This document shows positions 48,061 to 61,307 of a stretch of 61,307 nucleotides of DNA, one piece after another. The stretch lies in the NCBI RefSeq assembly GCF_001194135.2, contig NC_068990.1, positions 60,469,366-60,530,672 on the forward strand, written 5' to 3'. A program made the translations under genes and the position numbers. Below the pieces are notes generated by a model. The model was not told the DNA's origin and did no database searches. It saw only the letters and a list, made by a program, of their open reading frames with translations. Position 1 is the first letter of the stretch; the number at the start of each line of letters is the position of its first letter. The DNA is from Octopus bimaculoides. Taxonomy: Eukaryota.

Positions 48061-50088
48061 TTCAACATGTAATTAATCCCGTATAATTTGTTACATGGTG
48101 TTCAACCAGTAAGGATATGACAAAACTATTTGATATCTGAATATTGAGATAATGATAAATGCAGCCTCTGTCACAGCATTAATTTAAGTAAAGTTGGCTA
48201 CTATCTACAGCAGATGTTCAAAAGTTTTCAGCCATTAGATTCTCTGCAAAGATTATAAATGGAAGGTAGCATTTAATCAAACAAGGAGAAAGATATTTTA
48301 ATAACTTTTAATATCTTGCTCAGTGAACAAGTCTAATATCCGTTAATGTTTCTATAAAAATTGTCAAAGGAAACTGACGGCAAAAGGTTTGATCTGCTGA
48401 CATCTCATTATAACTGAAAGTACTTAACTACATAAATGAAAATCAATCATAGCAAACAGATAAGATTTTTTTTATTTGCAATTTGATTTTTTAACTGGAA
48501 AAAAAAAATACAGAACTGATATATTGTTGTTAAGCCATTTAAATTCTGTTTTACACAAATAATGTATTTCGTGGATGAGTTTTTTAAAAATATGTTGCTG
48601 CACCTCTGATATTCATTTGTTCCTGCTTTTGCCTTTCTTTTATATACATATATTTTTTATGTCTTACAGGTCTTTTTTTTAATCTGTATGACAAATTTTA
48701 TAGATTCTTACTTTTCCCAGTTGTCTTTCATCCATTTCTTTCAAACTAGGTATCAACTAGCATTTTCATTTGTTTACTTTAAATTGTAGTTGAAATTTAA
48801 AGAATTTGAGAATCAATAATTTTTATTTAAATAAACAATCAGTTTTATGTTGTGTGCATTATTTAACTTTCAGAGAAAAGTTTTCTAATGAAAATATATC
48901 ACCTGAAGGTAATTTTACAGCAGTTTTATAGGCTCACGTTTTATGTTTGTATATTTATCAATGTTTTCTTCAGCTCTGGCTTTTTACATTTTCTAATAAG
49001 AAAACCTACAACTTCATTGATAAGAAAAACTAAGTCTCTAACCTATCCAATAAATAAATGAATAAATGAATAAAGTAAAATAAAAATACAAAATGACTAA
49101 TTTTAAAAATATGGTTATTTAAAAGATTTCTTATTTTTATGATTTAATTAAAAATTATAGGATTTTATATTCTTTTGTGAGGGAACTTAGTGTCACAATC
49201 CTTCTTAAGAAATGTTTCTTCCTATTATATTTACAGACATTTTTGCTTCCAGTTTTATGTATTATAGTTAGTGAGTTGTTTCATCTTGTGAAATGATAAC
49301 ACCACCTGAAATGAAAATGAAAGGCAGCTAAAATAAATTGTTTGTGTTTTGAATAGAATGTATTGGCAAACAAAATTCTTTTTCTGTGTATCCTTTTGTT
49401 TCATTAAAAGTATGGTTTTATTTATCTATTGTTCTTAATTCTAATTCATTCCTTTGTTTATTCGACAATTCAAGATTCTTAAAATGGTAGAGAGCTAGGC
49501 TAAATGCTTTACAATATGTTGTTTCCCAGCTTTATGTTCTGAGTTCATATTTTATTGGGGGATCAGCTGTCAGGTTTTTCATCTGAACACAAAATAACAA
49601 CCAGTAACATACTGCAGTTGTGTCATATAAAATATATATTTTCAGGCTAATTCAGATAGTTATTCAAACTACTCAACTGGGAAGTGGGAACATAGGTTTT
49701 TTTTCTTATTTTTTTATAAAGTGGACAAAGCATAAGTTCTTTTTTTCAGCCTCTGAGCTCAAATTAATTTAAGTCAGAGTATGTACATATCACATACAGA
49801 TTGATTTTTTTAATCATTATTAGAGTAAGAAAAATATCAGTTATACATAATTATTCTTAGAGACTGCATCACACACACACACACACACATGTATACATAT
49901 ATGTGTGTGTATGTGTGTGTGTGTGTGTTGTTTTGGAGATAGGTCATCATCAAGGTTTTAGCTTTCCTGTTTGTACCTGTTTAAAATTTTACCTGAAGTG
50001 AGTAGGTTTATGTTATGATGCAATCAATGAATACATCAATAAAATTCTATCAAAACAGCTGTAGTAAATTTTAACCCTCATTTATGTT

Positions 50089-50126
<38 letters not shown>

Positions 50127-50811
50127 NNNNNNNNNNNNNNNNNNNNNNNNNNNNNNNNNNNNNNNNNNNNNNNNNNNNNNNNNNNNNNNNNNNNNNNNNN
50201 NNNNNNNNNNNNNNNNNNNNNNNNNNNNNNNNNNNNNNNNNNNNNNNNNNNNNNNNNNNNNNNNNNNNNNNNNNNNNNNNNNNNNNNNNNNNNNNNNNNN
50301 NNNNNNNNNNNNNNNNNNNNNNNNNNNNNNNNNNNNNNNNNNNNNNNNNNNNNNNNNNNNNNNNNNNNNNNNNNNNNNNNNNNNNNNNNNNNNNNNNNNN
50401 NNNNNNNNNNNNNNNNNNNNNNNNNNNNNNNNNNNNNNNNNNNNNNNNNNNNNNNNNNNNNNNNNNNNNNNNNNNNNNNNNNNNNNNNNNNNNNNNNNNN
50501 NNNNNNNNNNNNNNNNNNNNNNNNNNNNNNNNNNNNNNNNNNNNNNNNNNNNNNNNNNNCAAGCTTTATATCAGTGTATAATTTACAATACAAAGCTATC
50601 TTCAGCCGCAAAAGTATTTCTCTCCCAGGAAATTATATCACATCGGCGTTAAAGGAGGAAGAAAGGTGCGATATAAGAGGTGAAGTTCCTTTCGGTATTT
50701 TGCATAGTTGTTGTTATTTTGGGGATTTTCAATTTATTCTTTCACCTCAACCACGAGCTGGCATACACAGGTGCTTACAATTGTCAAGTATTGCCTCTAA
50801 CTTTTACTTTA

Positions 50812-50867
<56 letters not shown>

Positions 50868-50875
50868 CGATAGAT

Positions 50876-50942
<67 letters not shown>

Positions 50943-50978
50943 TATATGTGTTTATATACATCATCATCATCGTTGTCA

Positions 50979-51056
50979 GGTTACATTCATTGCATGCATC
51001 AAACAGAATTTGTTCAGGCAGACTTTGTATGCTGCATGCAAATCCTGTTGATAACC
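50979..51056. ncRNA. Candidate miRNA-like stem-loop
   Basis: Arms 50990-51012 and 51019-51041 pair at 20 of 23 positions (2 G-U) with a 6-nt loop. Basal GGTTA/TAACC pairing. Not a miRNA I recognise. Confidence 0.3.
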
Positions 51057-51499
51057 CTCGCCTGTTTGCAAGCAAGATAATATTTTCCAATGGTCAGACA
51101 TATTTTTTCATGAAAGATTGGAAAGGAACAGCATTGCTTTTCTGATAGTACCCATAACTTTTGCAGTTTGGCAAAAGAGACCAAAAGGGACCACTAAACT
51201 TTTAAATAAGTACTGCGGTTGATTTGCTTCGTTAAACCCTTCAAGACTTTTGCCCCAGCATAGTCACCGTCTAATGACTGAAACAAAAGATAAAAAGAAA
51301 AAGAAAAAGAAAACCATAATACTTTTGCATTTATAGACATTTCATACTGAGTTTGGAGTACAAAAACTGTAATAATAATAAGGAGAACAAGACTGGTTTT
51401 GTCCAAACTATAGGTGGAAACTTCATCACTGTCTTGAGGGATGTCAAAAACTGATAATGGTTCCCAGTTCCATTCCTTTAACTGATCATACCTAAGTAC

Positions 51500-52570
51500 A
51501 GATGAGGCTGTGTGATAAGAAGTTTGCTTCCCAACCACATGACTCTAGGTTCAGTTCCATTGCATGGCACATTGGACAAGTATCTTCTGCTATAGACCCA
51601 GGTAACCAAAGCTTTGTGAGTGGATTTGATGGACAGAAATTGAAAGAAACCCATGTTATATATATATTTATATATATATATATATATATATNNNNNNNNN
51701 NNNNNNNNNNNNNNNNNNNNNNNNNNNNNNNNNNNNNNNNNNNNNNNNNNNNNNNNNNNNNNNNNNNNNNNNNNNNNNNNNNNNNNNNNNNNNNNNNNNN
51801 NNNNNNNNNNNNNNNNNNNNNNNNNNNNNNNNNNNNNNNNNNNNNNNNNNNNNNNNNNNNNNNNNNNNNNNNNNNNNNNNNNNNNNNNNNNNNNNNNNNN
51901 NNNNNNNNNNNNNNNNNNNNNNNNNNNNNNNNNNNNNNNNNNNNNNNNNNNNNNNNNNNNNNNNNNNNNNNNNNNNNNNNNNNNNNNNNNNNNNNNNNNN
52001 NNNNNNNNNNNNNNNNNNNNNNNNNNNNNNNNNNNNNNNNNNNNNNNNNNNNNNNNNNNNNNNNNNNNNNNNNNNNNNNNNNNNNNNNNNNNNNNNNNNN
52101 NNNNNNNNNNNNNNNNNNNNNNNNNNNNNNNNNNNNNNNNNNNNNNNNNNNNNNNNNNNNNNNNNNNNNNNNNNNNNNNNNNNNNNNNNNNNNNNNNNNN
52201 NNNNNNNNNNNNNNNNNNNNNNNNNNNNNNNNNNNNNNNNNNNNNNNNNNNNNNNNNNNNNNNNNNNNNNNNNNNNNNNNNNNNNNNNNNNNNNNNNNNN
52301 NNNNNNNATATATATATATATATATATATATATAATGTGTATGTGTGCATGTATATGTATCTGCAGGTTTGTCTTTGTGTTTGTCTTCCACTGCCATTTG
52401 ACAACTTGTGTTGGCTTGATTATGTCACTGTGATTTATCAATTTAGCATTAGAGACAGAATAAGTATCAGGCTTTAAAAACTATTTACTAGGGTCAATTC
52501 ATTCAACTAAAACCCTTCAAGGTGATGCCCTTGCATGCTCCCAGTGACTTAGAAATAAGTAAGGAAAAAG
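51500..52570 (+). mobile_element. SINE family A full copy with gap in the central microsatellite
   Basis: Head 51500-51655 and tail 52340-52570 are homologous to 15787-16170. Confidence 0.85.
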
Positions 52571-52789
52571 ACAATAAAGATGTCACTGATACAACAAAAG
52601 GGAAACATTTATTTAAAAAATATTTCTTTTTCCCCTCTCTTCACTCGACATTTGGTTTCTTGTTGAAGAAAAATAAGGAGAAAAAAATAAGGATAAAACT
52701 TTGCAAGCTTCATCTTAACAGCATTGTGTCACATAAAAGAATAGTCTGGAGACAATGTCTTATATATAATTTTATTTTATGTTATATTT

Positions 52790-53200
52790 GGAAGAGGGAG
52801 ACCCAGGACAAAGTATTGAAGGATGACCTCAGGAGACTGAATTTTTCAGAGGAGATGACAAAGGACTGAGATATATGGCACCTTGTTATACTTAAAACCC
52901 ATTCTCCATGGTAAGAATTGTTAAGGCTGCTCTCTCTGATGAAAAGCATTGGCCTACAGGAGTCCTGTGCTGGTATCATGTAAAAAGCACTTGTGCCAGT
53001 ACCACAGAGAAGTGCTTATGCTGGTGTCACATTAAAAACACCCAGCACACACCATAAAGTGGTTGGCATTAGGAACGGCATCCAGCCATCGAAACAAAGC
53101 CAAATCAGACCAGAACCTAGCACAGCTCTCTGGCTTACCAGCTTTGGTCAAACCATCCAACCCATGCCAGCATGGAAAACGGATGTTAAAGGATGATGAT
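52790..53200 (+). mobile_element. 3' end of an RTE LINE (ORF2 terminus plus 3' UTR plus GAT tail)
   Basis: DKVLKDDLRRLNFSEEMTKD*DIW matches the RTE end pattern WxxxVxxDLxxLxLxxExxxDRxxW. It runs directly into the gtgccac/aaaagcac...catggaaaacggatgttaaaggatgat tail. Confidence 0.75.
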
Positions 53201-53705
53201 AACAATATTGATGATTTCTTTTTACTTTATGAACAAATTAGGACTTTATGGTAAATATATGTTTTACATTAAATTTTTTTTTAGCAGAATGATGTGCTAA
53301 CTGGAAAATGGTTTTTCACTTTTATATTTAATTTCACATTTGCTTTATGTACCTGCAAAAACAGTATGTTTAAATAGTGTTAAAATACATATTTAAAATC
53401 TTATCTGATTAGTACATTCTGGGCATTAGTTCAGGTAATATGACAACCATAAATTTTCCATTTTCCACTTCAAACAGTTTCCGAGGTGAAAAAGGGAAAA
53501 GGAAAGAAAAAATAAAATTGGAGTGAGGATAATGTATTTATATAAGCACACATACAAATTCTTTCTCCCTCTCTTTCTCTCTCTCTCACACACACACGCG
53601 CGCACACATACACACCCACACATATATATATAATACTGAGTTCTACACCAAGTTATTAGACTCACTATGCCTAAGTGAAATATTAAAATATAAATATGCA
53701 ATACA

Positions 53706-53764
<59 letters not shown>

Positions 53765-53809
53765 NNNNNNNNNNNNNNNNNNNNNNNNNNNNNNNNNNNN
53801 NNNNNNNNN

Positions 53810-53849
<40 letters not shown>

Positions 53850-53959
53850 CTTCCAGTCACCATGTTTGATGAGTCATCAGTGTTGCCAAATGCAGTGGCC
53901 AAGGTGAAACCATCAGTAGCATTCTGATGCGTTCTATATCATAAGCAGTTATGTACTGC

Positions 53960-54205
53960 TCTATGATATATATATGTACTTGTTTTTGGTAGGGTTTCAT
54001 GATGCTCGTGTCATGTAAAAAAGCACCCAGTATGCTCTGTAAAATGGTTAGTGTTAGGAAGGGCAACCAACTGTTAGAAACCATGCCAAAGCAAACAATT
54101 GGAGCCTGGTCTGGCTCCTGGCCTTGTCAGCTCTTATCAAATGTTCAACCCATGCCAGCATGCGAAAAAGATGTTAACTGATGATGATGACGATGATGAC
54201 AATGA
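53960..54205 (+). mobile_element. RTE-tail element
   Basis: aaaaagcacccagtatgctctgtaaaatggttagtgttaggaagggcaacc...gatgttaactgatgatgat. Confidence 0.8.
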
Positions 54206-54224
54206 TATATATATATATATATAT

Positions 54225-54595
54225 TGTGGAGGCCCAGTGGTTAGGGTAGCAGACTTGTGGTCGTAGGATCATGGTTTTAATTTCCAGACTGGGTGTCATA
54301 AGTGTTTATTGAGCGAAAACACCTAAAGCTCCATGAGGCTCTGTCAGGGGGTGGTGGGAAACCCTGCTGTACTCATCCACTACAACTTTCTCTCACTCTT
54401 TCTTCCTGTTTCTGTTGTACTTGTATTTCAAAGGGCCAGCCTTGTTACACTCTGTGTCATGCTGAATCTCCCTGAGGACTACATTAAGGGTACATGTGTC
54501 TGTGAAGTGCTCACTTGCACGTTAACTTCACAAGCAGACTGTTCCATTGATCAGATCAACTGCAACCCTCATCGTTGTAACTGACAGTGTGCCAT
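54225..54595 (+). mobile_element. tRNA-derived SINE, family C
   Basis: tRNA-like head ggcccagtggttagggtagcagacttgtggtcgtaggatcatggttttaatttccag, followed by a ~300-bp body unrelated to families A and B. Confidence 0.6.
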
Positions 54596-54609
54596 GATAT
54601 ATGTATACA

Positions 54610-54815
54610 TATGTGCTGGTGGCACATTAAAAGCACCCACTACACTCTCAGAGTGGTTGGTGTTAGGAAGGGCATCCAGCCATAGAAACCTTGACTGATC
54701 ATATTGGAGCCTGGTGCAGCTTCCTGGCTTGCCAGTCTTCAGTCAAACCATCCAACCCATGGCAGTACGGAAAGCAGACATTAAACGATGACGATAAGGA
54801 TGAGGATGATATATA
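54610..54815 (+). mobile_element. RTE-tail element
   Basis: ggtggcacattaaaagcaccc...gagtggttggtgttaggaagggcatccagcc...gacattaaacgatgacgat. Confidence 0.85.
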
Positions 54816-54848
<33 letters not shown>

Positions 54849-55266
54849 NNNNNNNNNNNNNNNNNNNNNNNNNNNNNNNNNNNNNNNNNNNNNNNNNNNN
54901 NNNNNNNNNNNNNNNNNNNNNNNNNNNNNNNNNNNNNNNNNNNNNNNNNNNNNNNNNNNNNNNNNNNNNNNNNNNNNNNNNNNNNNNNNNNNNNNNNNNN
55001 NNNNNNNNNNNNNNNNNNNNNNNNNNNNNNNNNNNNNNNNNNNNNNNNNNNNNNNNNNNNNNNNNNNNNNNNNNNNNNNNNNNNNNNNNNNNNNNNNNNN
55101 NNNNNNNNNNNNNNNNNNNNNNNNNNNNNNNNNNNNNNNNNNNNNNNNNNNNNNNNNNNNNNNNNNNNNNNNNNNNNNNNNNNNNNNNNNNNNNNNNNNN
55201 NNNNNNNNNNNNNNNNNNNNNNNNNNNNNNNNNNNNNNNNNNNNNNNNNNNNNNNNNNNNNNNNNN

Positions 55267-55332
<66 letters not shown>

Positions 55333-55472
55333 TTGCATATTACACCAAGAAGTGATGCGCAGTACCAGAATTTTCAACTTGAGTCAAATATAACAGATAA
55401 CTTCAGACTGTTGTTGGAGTATCCACATAAGTGGAGACAAGACTGACTTGTTTGTACTCTCATCAAGTGGAT

Positions 55473-55701
55473 TAGTTGTAACAATGGAGTTAAACTAAAT
55501 AGTGATATTTTGAAAGCATTTGATATATACATTTCAGGTTTCCCTATTATATAATAGGAAATGCATCCATTGCATAATGCTTTAACTGAGAAAGGTTTGC
55601 AAAATGGCTGCATTTCTTATTATATACTATGCAAACCTGAAATGAACATATTAAATTATTACAATACATCACTATTTGGTGTGACTTCATTATTACAACT
55701 A
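55473..55701. mobile_element. Fold-back MITE (~105-bp imperfect arms, TA at both ends)
   Basis: TA|GTTGTAACAATGGAG...CTTCATTATTACAAC|TA. The arms align along their length (e.g. aaatagtgat / atcactattt and catttcaggttt / aaacctgaaatg). Confidence 0.8.
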
Positions 55702-55714
55702 TATATATATATTT

Positions 55715-55935
55715 GTGAAGGCAGTGAGGTGGCAGGAATGTTAACACACCGGGCAAAATGCTTTGTGGTGTTTCGTCTGTATTTATGTTCTGAGTTCAAA
55801 TTCCACCAGGGTCAGCTTTACCTTTCACCCTTTCAAAGTCAATAAATTAAGTACCAGTTGTATACTGGAGTCAATCTAATTGACTGGCCCCCTTCCCAAA
55901 AATTTCAGGCTTTTTGCCTAGACTAGAAAAGAATA
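55715..55935 (+). mobile_element. SINE family B, well-preserved copy
   Basis: gaggtggcaggaatgttaacacaccgggcaaaatgc...gagttcaaattcc...aataaattaagtaccagttg...aatttcaggc...agactagaaaagaat. Confidence 0.88.
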
Positions 55936-55983
55936 TATGTATATTTGTGTGTATGTGTATGTGTATATATATAAATATATATA

Positions 55984-56067
<84 letters not shown>

Positions 56068-56184
56068 TGTGTGTATACACATACTCATGCACACACACAA
56101 ACACCTAGATATATAGACATACACATTCCCAACTCTCTTTCTGGCACTTCATCACCATTATCTTTATCTCTCTTTCCATTCATA

Positions 56185-56330
56185 TATGGGCAAGTATCTT
56201 CTACAATAGCCTTGGGCTCTCCAAAGCCTTTTGAGTTGATTCAGTAGATAGGAATTGAAAGCCCATCATGTGCCTGTGTGTGTGTCTGTGTGTGTATTTG
56301 TGCATGTGTGTGTGTGTGTGTGTGTTGATG
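56185..56330 (+). mobile_element. SINE family A fragment
   Basis: gggcaagtatcttctacaatagccttgggctctccaaagcc. Confidence 0.65.
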
Positions 56331-56478
56331 ACAATGACTACTACCACACCACCACCATCACCACCATTATGACCATCATCATTCCTATTCCCATCACCAC
56401 CACTATTAGCACCACCAATCTCATTATCATGACATTACCTTAAGACACCTGTTTTCCAGACTTCTCCCCACAACCCCT

Positions 56479-56532
<54 letters not shown>

Positions 56533-58161
56533 TATGTACTTCCCTCTTTACATGTATTTACAACTACTTTCCAATTAATTTTTCAAATTATGTTTGACAT
56601 TTCATATCGTTCTAGCAAATTTTATGAAAACTGCCCTAAATTCATGCTTTTTCATACAGCTTAACTGAATATAAGTATATATTTATTTTAGTTAATTTAT
56701 TTATATTGTTTTAAAATTCTAGACATCTTTTTTTCTTTATTTAGTTTCAAAACCTTATCAATTAAAATGGTTAAGTGAGTTCTTCAAGTTTTTGAAGAAA
56801 AGTTTTAAAATAACATAATAATTCAAATTAAATTCAACCTATCCATCTGCAAAGCAGTAAACTGTTTATGATTGGAACCTAATAAACCAATCCAGACTTT
56901 TGAATTAATCTTCAAAGTATTTCCTTTCGATTAAAAAAATAGCACATCTTAAATAGTTCTTAAGTGTAATAAATCTCACACAACATGACTATAAATGCAA
57001 CATCTGTCAGCAATATCTTTTCCTAAAATCTAGACTTTTCACTTCATTCATTTTACGATAAAAATAATGTGATATATTTCTAGTTCATCTTTTTGCTCAG
57101 TATTTTTAGTTGTATTATATTTGTTTGATTTTTATCAAAAACACCAAAAAAAAAAAGAAAAAAAGTATCATTAAGAATTCACAATTGAGAATAAAAACAA
57201 TACTACACACAGATGTAAGATATTCTAGCCTAGTTCTGATCATGAGGAAGTTTACATACATAAAGACTGAAAAAAAAAAAAAATTAAATAAAAATGAAAT
57301 GCAATATAAATCAGGATTTTTTTTTCTTTACATCATTTTATTAGATTTAAAATTTAAATATTTCCCCCAAAATATGTTACCTCTGATTTATCAACAATAA
57401 TGAGCTGCACAGTTTTAATTACTGAATATCTAACCAGATAAATAGCTTTAAAATCTATGTTTTAATTTTAGCAAGAGTTTGTTGTAAAAGCAGCCATTTG
57501 AAAAAGCAAAAGTAATTCCCTATACGTTGTCTTTCTTATTAAAGACATGGCTTTATATTATCAATATTGCCTGTATTTCAACCATTACATTTTCCCCATC
57601 TCCTTCACACCAATTACCCCACTTCTTGCTATTCAGACTGTAATTATCTGCCTAAACCACACAACGAAGCATTGCAGTCATTCATGCCAATAACCATTAC
57701 ACGATGGCTCTTTCTCTTCTATTATTATAATTCTCTTCTTCTTTTCAGCCTCTGTATTAACCGCAATCATATTATTCAATCTTCCCTCCCTGATCCAAGA
57801 GAGCCTTCACAAGTTAGAGGCAATACTTCCTCTTTCCATTTGAGGATAAAGAAAAATTATGGCCAACTGATTTCTTTTATTTGTTTTTTTTTTCGGCTAT
57901 GTCCTTTCTTATACTTGTTTGTACATCCATTTTGCCATGCCAGGATAGTGTAGATTGCACTGATAATTTAAGTATCCATATCAATTATTGTTGCAGCCAC
58001 TCCTAAATCCAAGAATTCTAAATGTGAAAGAAGTGTAGAACATAAAATCTATAAAAGAAACTGTTATTTCACCAAACAGTATAACTCAGCAATAACCCCA
58101 GTTAATGCATTACCTCACTATTCATATCAAACACAGTCTTTCTCTCCTTCTTTCTTGATTC

Positions 58162-58237
<76 letters not shown>

Positions 58238-60659
58238 TTATCTATCTTTGTTCCAATGTAACACATAAATGTCACCAGGAAAAATTTATGTGATTAGTTT
58301 TGTTATGCTGTTGATTTATTTATCTTTGTAACAACCCTACCGCAATCCCTCTTTCTTATTACTTTGTTAAGTACTAAATGTTAAATCTTTAGCAATATCA
58401 TAATCATAATGATCTAAGAGCCACGTTCTGAAGAATAAAATTGAAAAGAGATCAGGTGAGTGAAATGAGAAGGTTGATGATTATGTTAGTTTGCCAGTAT
58501 AGAGATGCAAAGAGTATTATAAAAATAAAAGTATCATAATTATAAAAGAGTTAGTGGTTACTGTGTATTATTAATCAAAGATTCGTATGTGTGGAAGCGA
58601 TATCATTGCAGATATGTTAACATTAATCAAGTGAGGGGGGTAAGATATATGCCTTGAACGGCAACTGTAGTTCAGTAAGACATTTGGTCAACAATTATAC
58701 AGATCTGGTCAGTGGGTCAGCATTCAGTATGCCATTCAGTAAGTCAATCACTGTATACTGCTGACAAAGAATAAGCCAAAACTTAAGGATGCAGTCTTGG
58801 CTACATTAAATATAAAGCCACTGCCTTCACCAGACCTTCACAGTCAGTTAATCAATTATATAACGAATGCCCTTTTTTTCTGCTTACAACAAGTAGTATA
58901 CTGCCATGGTTATTTATAACTAGGACACATGAACCACTGTGTTTGTACTGAGACACATTTTTATGGTGCAGACTGGCCATGATTGGCAGCCTATCAGCTC
59001 AGCCATTTATATCTGTCAGGATGTAACATTATTTTATAAGGCTTCAGGATCATCATAAATTATATTGGCTTTGAACTTAGATGACTTTAAAGTTTATCAT
59101 TGACTCAGTACATTTAATTTACTGTTTTCTCCATCAACCTAACACATAAACCAGTTACTTATGTGAGATAGAATCTTATTTACTTATTCTAAACAAATGA
59201 TTTGCTCCTCTAAGTCTACCATCTAAACTATGGAGCCATCAATCATACCAGACCATAGACTCTCTGTAACACAATGGCTACTCCGACATATTTATTCATT
59301 TTGTTTCAGTTCCCTTTCTTTTCCACATACTTTGCTTTTCAATTTTAGTGAGTCAGCACTAAAATTTTGACAGAGAAAATGTATTATTGTATTTGGTCTT
59401 GTTTCTATACTTCTGAGTTCAATTCTTGTGCTTTTTGCTTTCAGGTCAAAATATTTTAGGGTTTATGTTTTATTTCTCTAGGTTAAAAATATGTGCCAGT
59501 AAAATAGTGGGCCAAATTGAATAAATATATTCATTTTCAAAATTCAACATTGTGATTTTATGAATAACATCCTACAGAATGGGTAAATTAACAAATTGCA
59601 AATAAATTTAATTTCTTTTTTTTTTGTTAACTTTTTTTTTAATAATAGTAAAATTTCTCATTCACTCATGCAACAGATAATATTTAATATACTTCCTACT
59701 TAAAACAAACAAATGCATCCTTGTAAACCAGTATTTTCTTTTAGTTTCAATTTAATTCTAATCATTTGTGTACTAGGATTATGGAATAAAAATAATGATT
59801 TGTTCTCTTCATTTTTAGTTTTGGGAACATTTTGTTAAAGAGAATTTAAGTGAAAAGTATTCAACTTATAAACCTACAATCACATTGGATATTTTCAACA
59901 ATAAATTACCAATATATTTGTAGCATTTCTTCAAATATAAAAGAAACTATATCATAGAATTTGGAAAATAATCCTAAAATACCATGCTAAAACATCATAT
60001 ATTACAGCAACTTGAAGAATTTTCACTGAAAATATTTGCAAGATAATATCAAATATTGATTTTTTCAAAAGCATCTTTATCTTGATAATAGTTTCAGAAT
60101 ACTTGTGCTTTCCTTTTTTGATCTTTCTCATAAAATCAATATAAGTTTCTTTCTGAAAACTTTGTATGCCTTCAAAATGTCTGAAAGCTTAAACATTAAG
60201 TTGCTTGTATCTGGCTTAATCTGGCAAAGATTAAAATATAAAAAATTATATCTAAACATATATCATTTTAATTCTAAACACTAAAATTCAATTATTCCTA
60301 TATTTATAATGAAAACAGCATTGATCATATTTTAAATGAAGGTTTTCTTAGGGGAAAAGAAATATAGTTCACTGAGTAGCCCCATTTATTTGATGTATGA
60401 AATATAAAATTAAATGATTACAGAATCTTGATAGCGATGGGTATCCACTTTTGTCTTCTGCATGTTCTAGTTTCCTTGTTTCCAATGTTAATGGTACATA
60501 TAGACATTGATATCATAATCATCATGTACATACATCCACATGATCATTATCAACAATATAAATAACAAATACATACATACATAAAAATGTACTCATATGC
60601 GTATAATTATTAATTATCAGCAATATATATATAGTACATACATGTATAGAGCCATCCAT

Positions 60660-61030
60660 TCAGCTATTCATATATGCCTACCTACCTACCTACTTACATG
60701 CATACATACTTACCTTCCTAGCTACCTACCAAGCCACCTACCTTCCTACATACATACATACATTCATACATAGATAATACAAATTTATATACACACACAT
60801 ACATACATACACACACATGCATGCATACATACATACACACATGCATGCATGCATACATAAATACATACACACACATACGTACATTCACACATACATAGAT
60901 ATATATACACACATAAATACATACATACACAAATATAAATACATACATACACAAATATAAATACAAACATGCAGACACATACATACATACATACATACAT
61001 ACATACATACATACATACTTACATACATAT
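60660..61030. repeat. (CCTA)n/(CATA)n/(CA)n compound microsatellite
   Basis: Directly visible. It explains the MYVC-type ORFs. Confidence 0.95.
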
Positions 61031-61307
61031 ATGATCATTATTGTTATGACAAGAATGTATTGTTATGACAAAAAAGAACTACTGAGAATCAAATTTTTCC
61101 ACCTAAATCAAACATGCAGATTCAATATTTGAACACAAGTGTGTGTCTATTTTTATTACAAATGGTAGGGGTCAATTTTCAACCAAAGTATACAATTATG
61201 TCCTTGGACTAGAAGTAGCAATAAGCATTTTATTGCATTCACTTGGTCAACCCTGTGCTTTTTAGATTCTTGCTAAATGATGAATCAATTCAAGTGCTGT
61301 AGCTTTG

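Noticed and set aside
2270-55446. Long ORFs containing X runs (e.g. 2270-3499, 36732-37471, 43096-43917, 50071-50611, 51478-52477, 54691-55446)
   Set aside because: They are N-gaps flanked by TA/CA microsatellites, not coding sequence.
57567-57953. 128-aa plus-strand ORF
   Set aside because: No ATG start (TTG), low-complexity F/L/S composition and no domain; looks like UTR or intergenic sequence.
1-61307. Fanzor/TnpB, OMEGA, Helitron Rep-Hel, Polinton or viral genes
   Set aside because: No RuvC, HUH/helicase, pPolB, integrase or capsid motifs seen in any frame I could read. About 5 kb of N-gaps cannot be assessed.

Overview
This is an AT-rich, microsatellite-dense and gap-rich eukaryotic scaffold segment. 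Most of the N-gaps are flanked by (TA)n. The repeat families and architecture look like an octopod cephalopod (Octopus-like) genome; this is an inference from recognising the repeats, with no database search. The window is mostly decayed mobile DNA. DNA transposons: three mariner pieces (DD34D spacing countable in one), two maT (DD37D) copies, and MITE/foldback elements. Retroelements: two Penelope-like (RT/GIY-YIG) elements with hammerhead-like motifs nearby, Hero-like and R4/Dong-like RLE-type non-LTR fragments, RTE LINE fragments, and at least four SINE-type families. I found no intact or recognisable host gene, only weak candidate exons. Almost all ORFs in the supplied track are artefacts of N-gaps, microsatellites or TE relics. 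I see no convincing novel protein-coding system. The most interesting unexplained signals are non-coding: decayed PLE-type hammerhead ribozymes, four long fold-back hairpins, a miRNA-like stem-loop, and a near-identical duplicated splice-acceptor block. Coordinates of degraded repeats are approximate.
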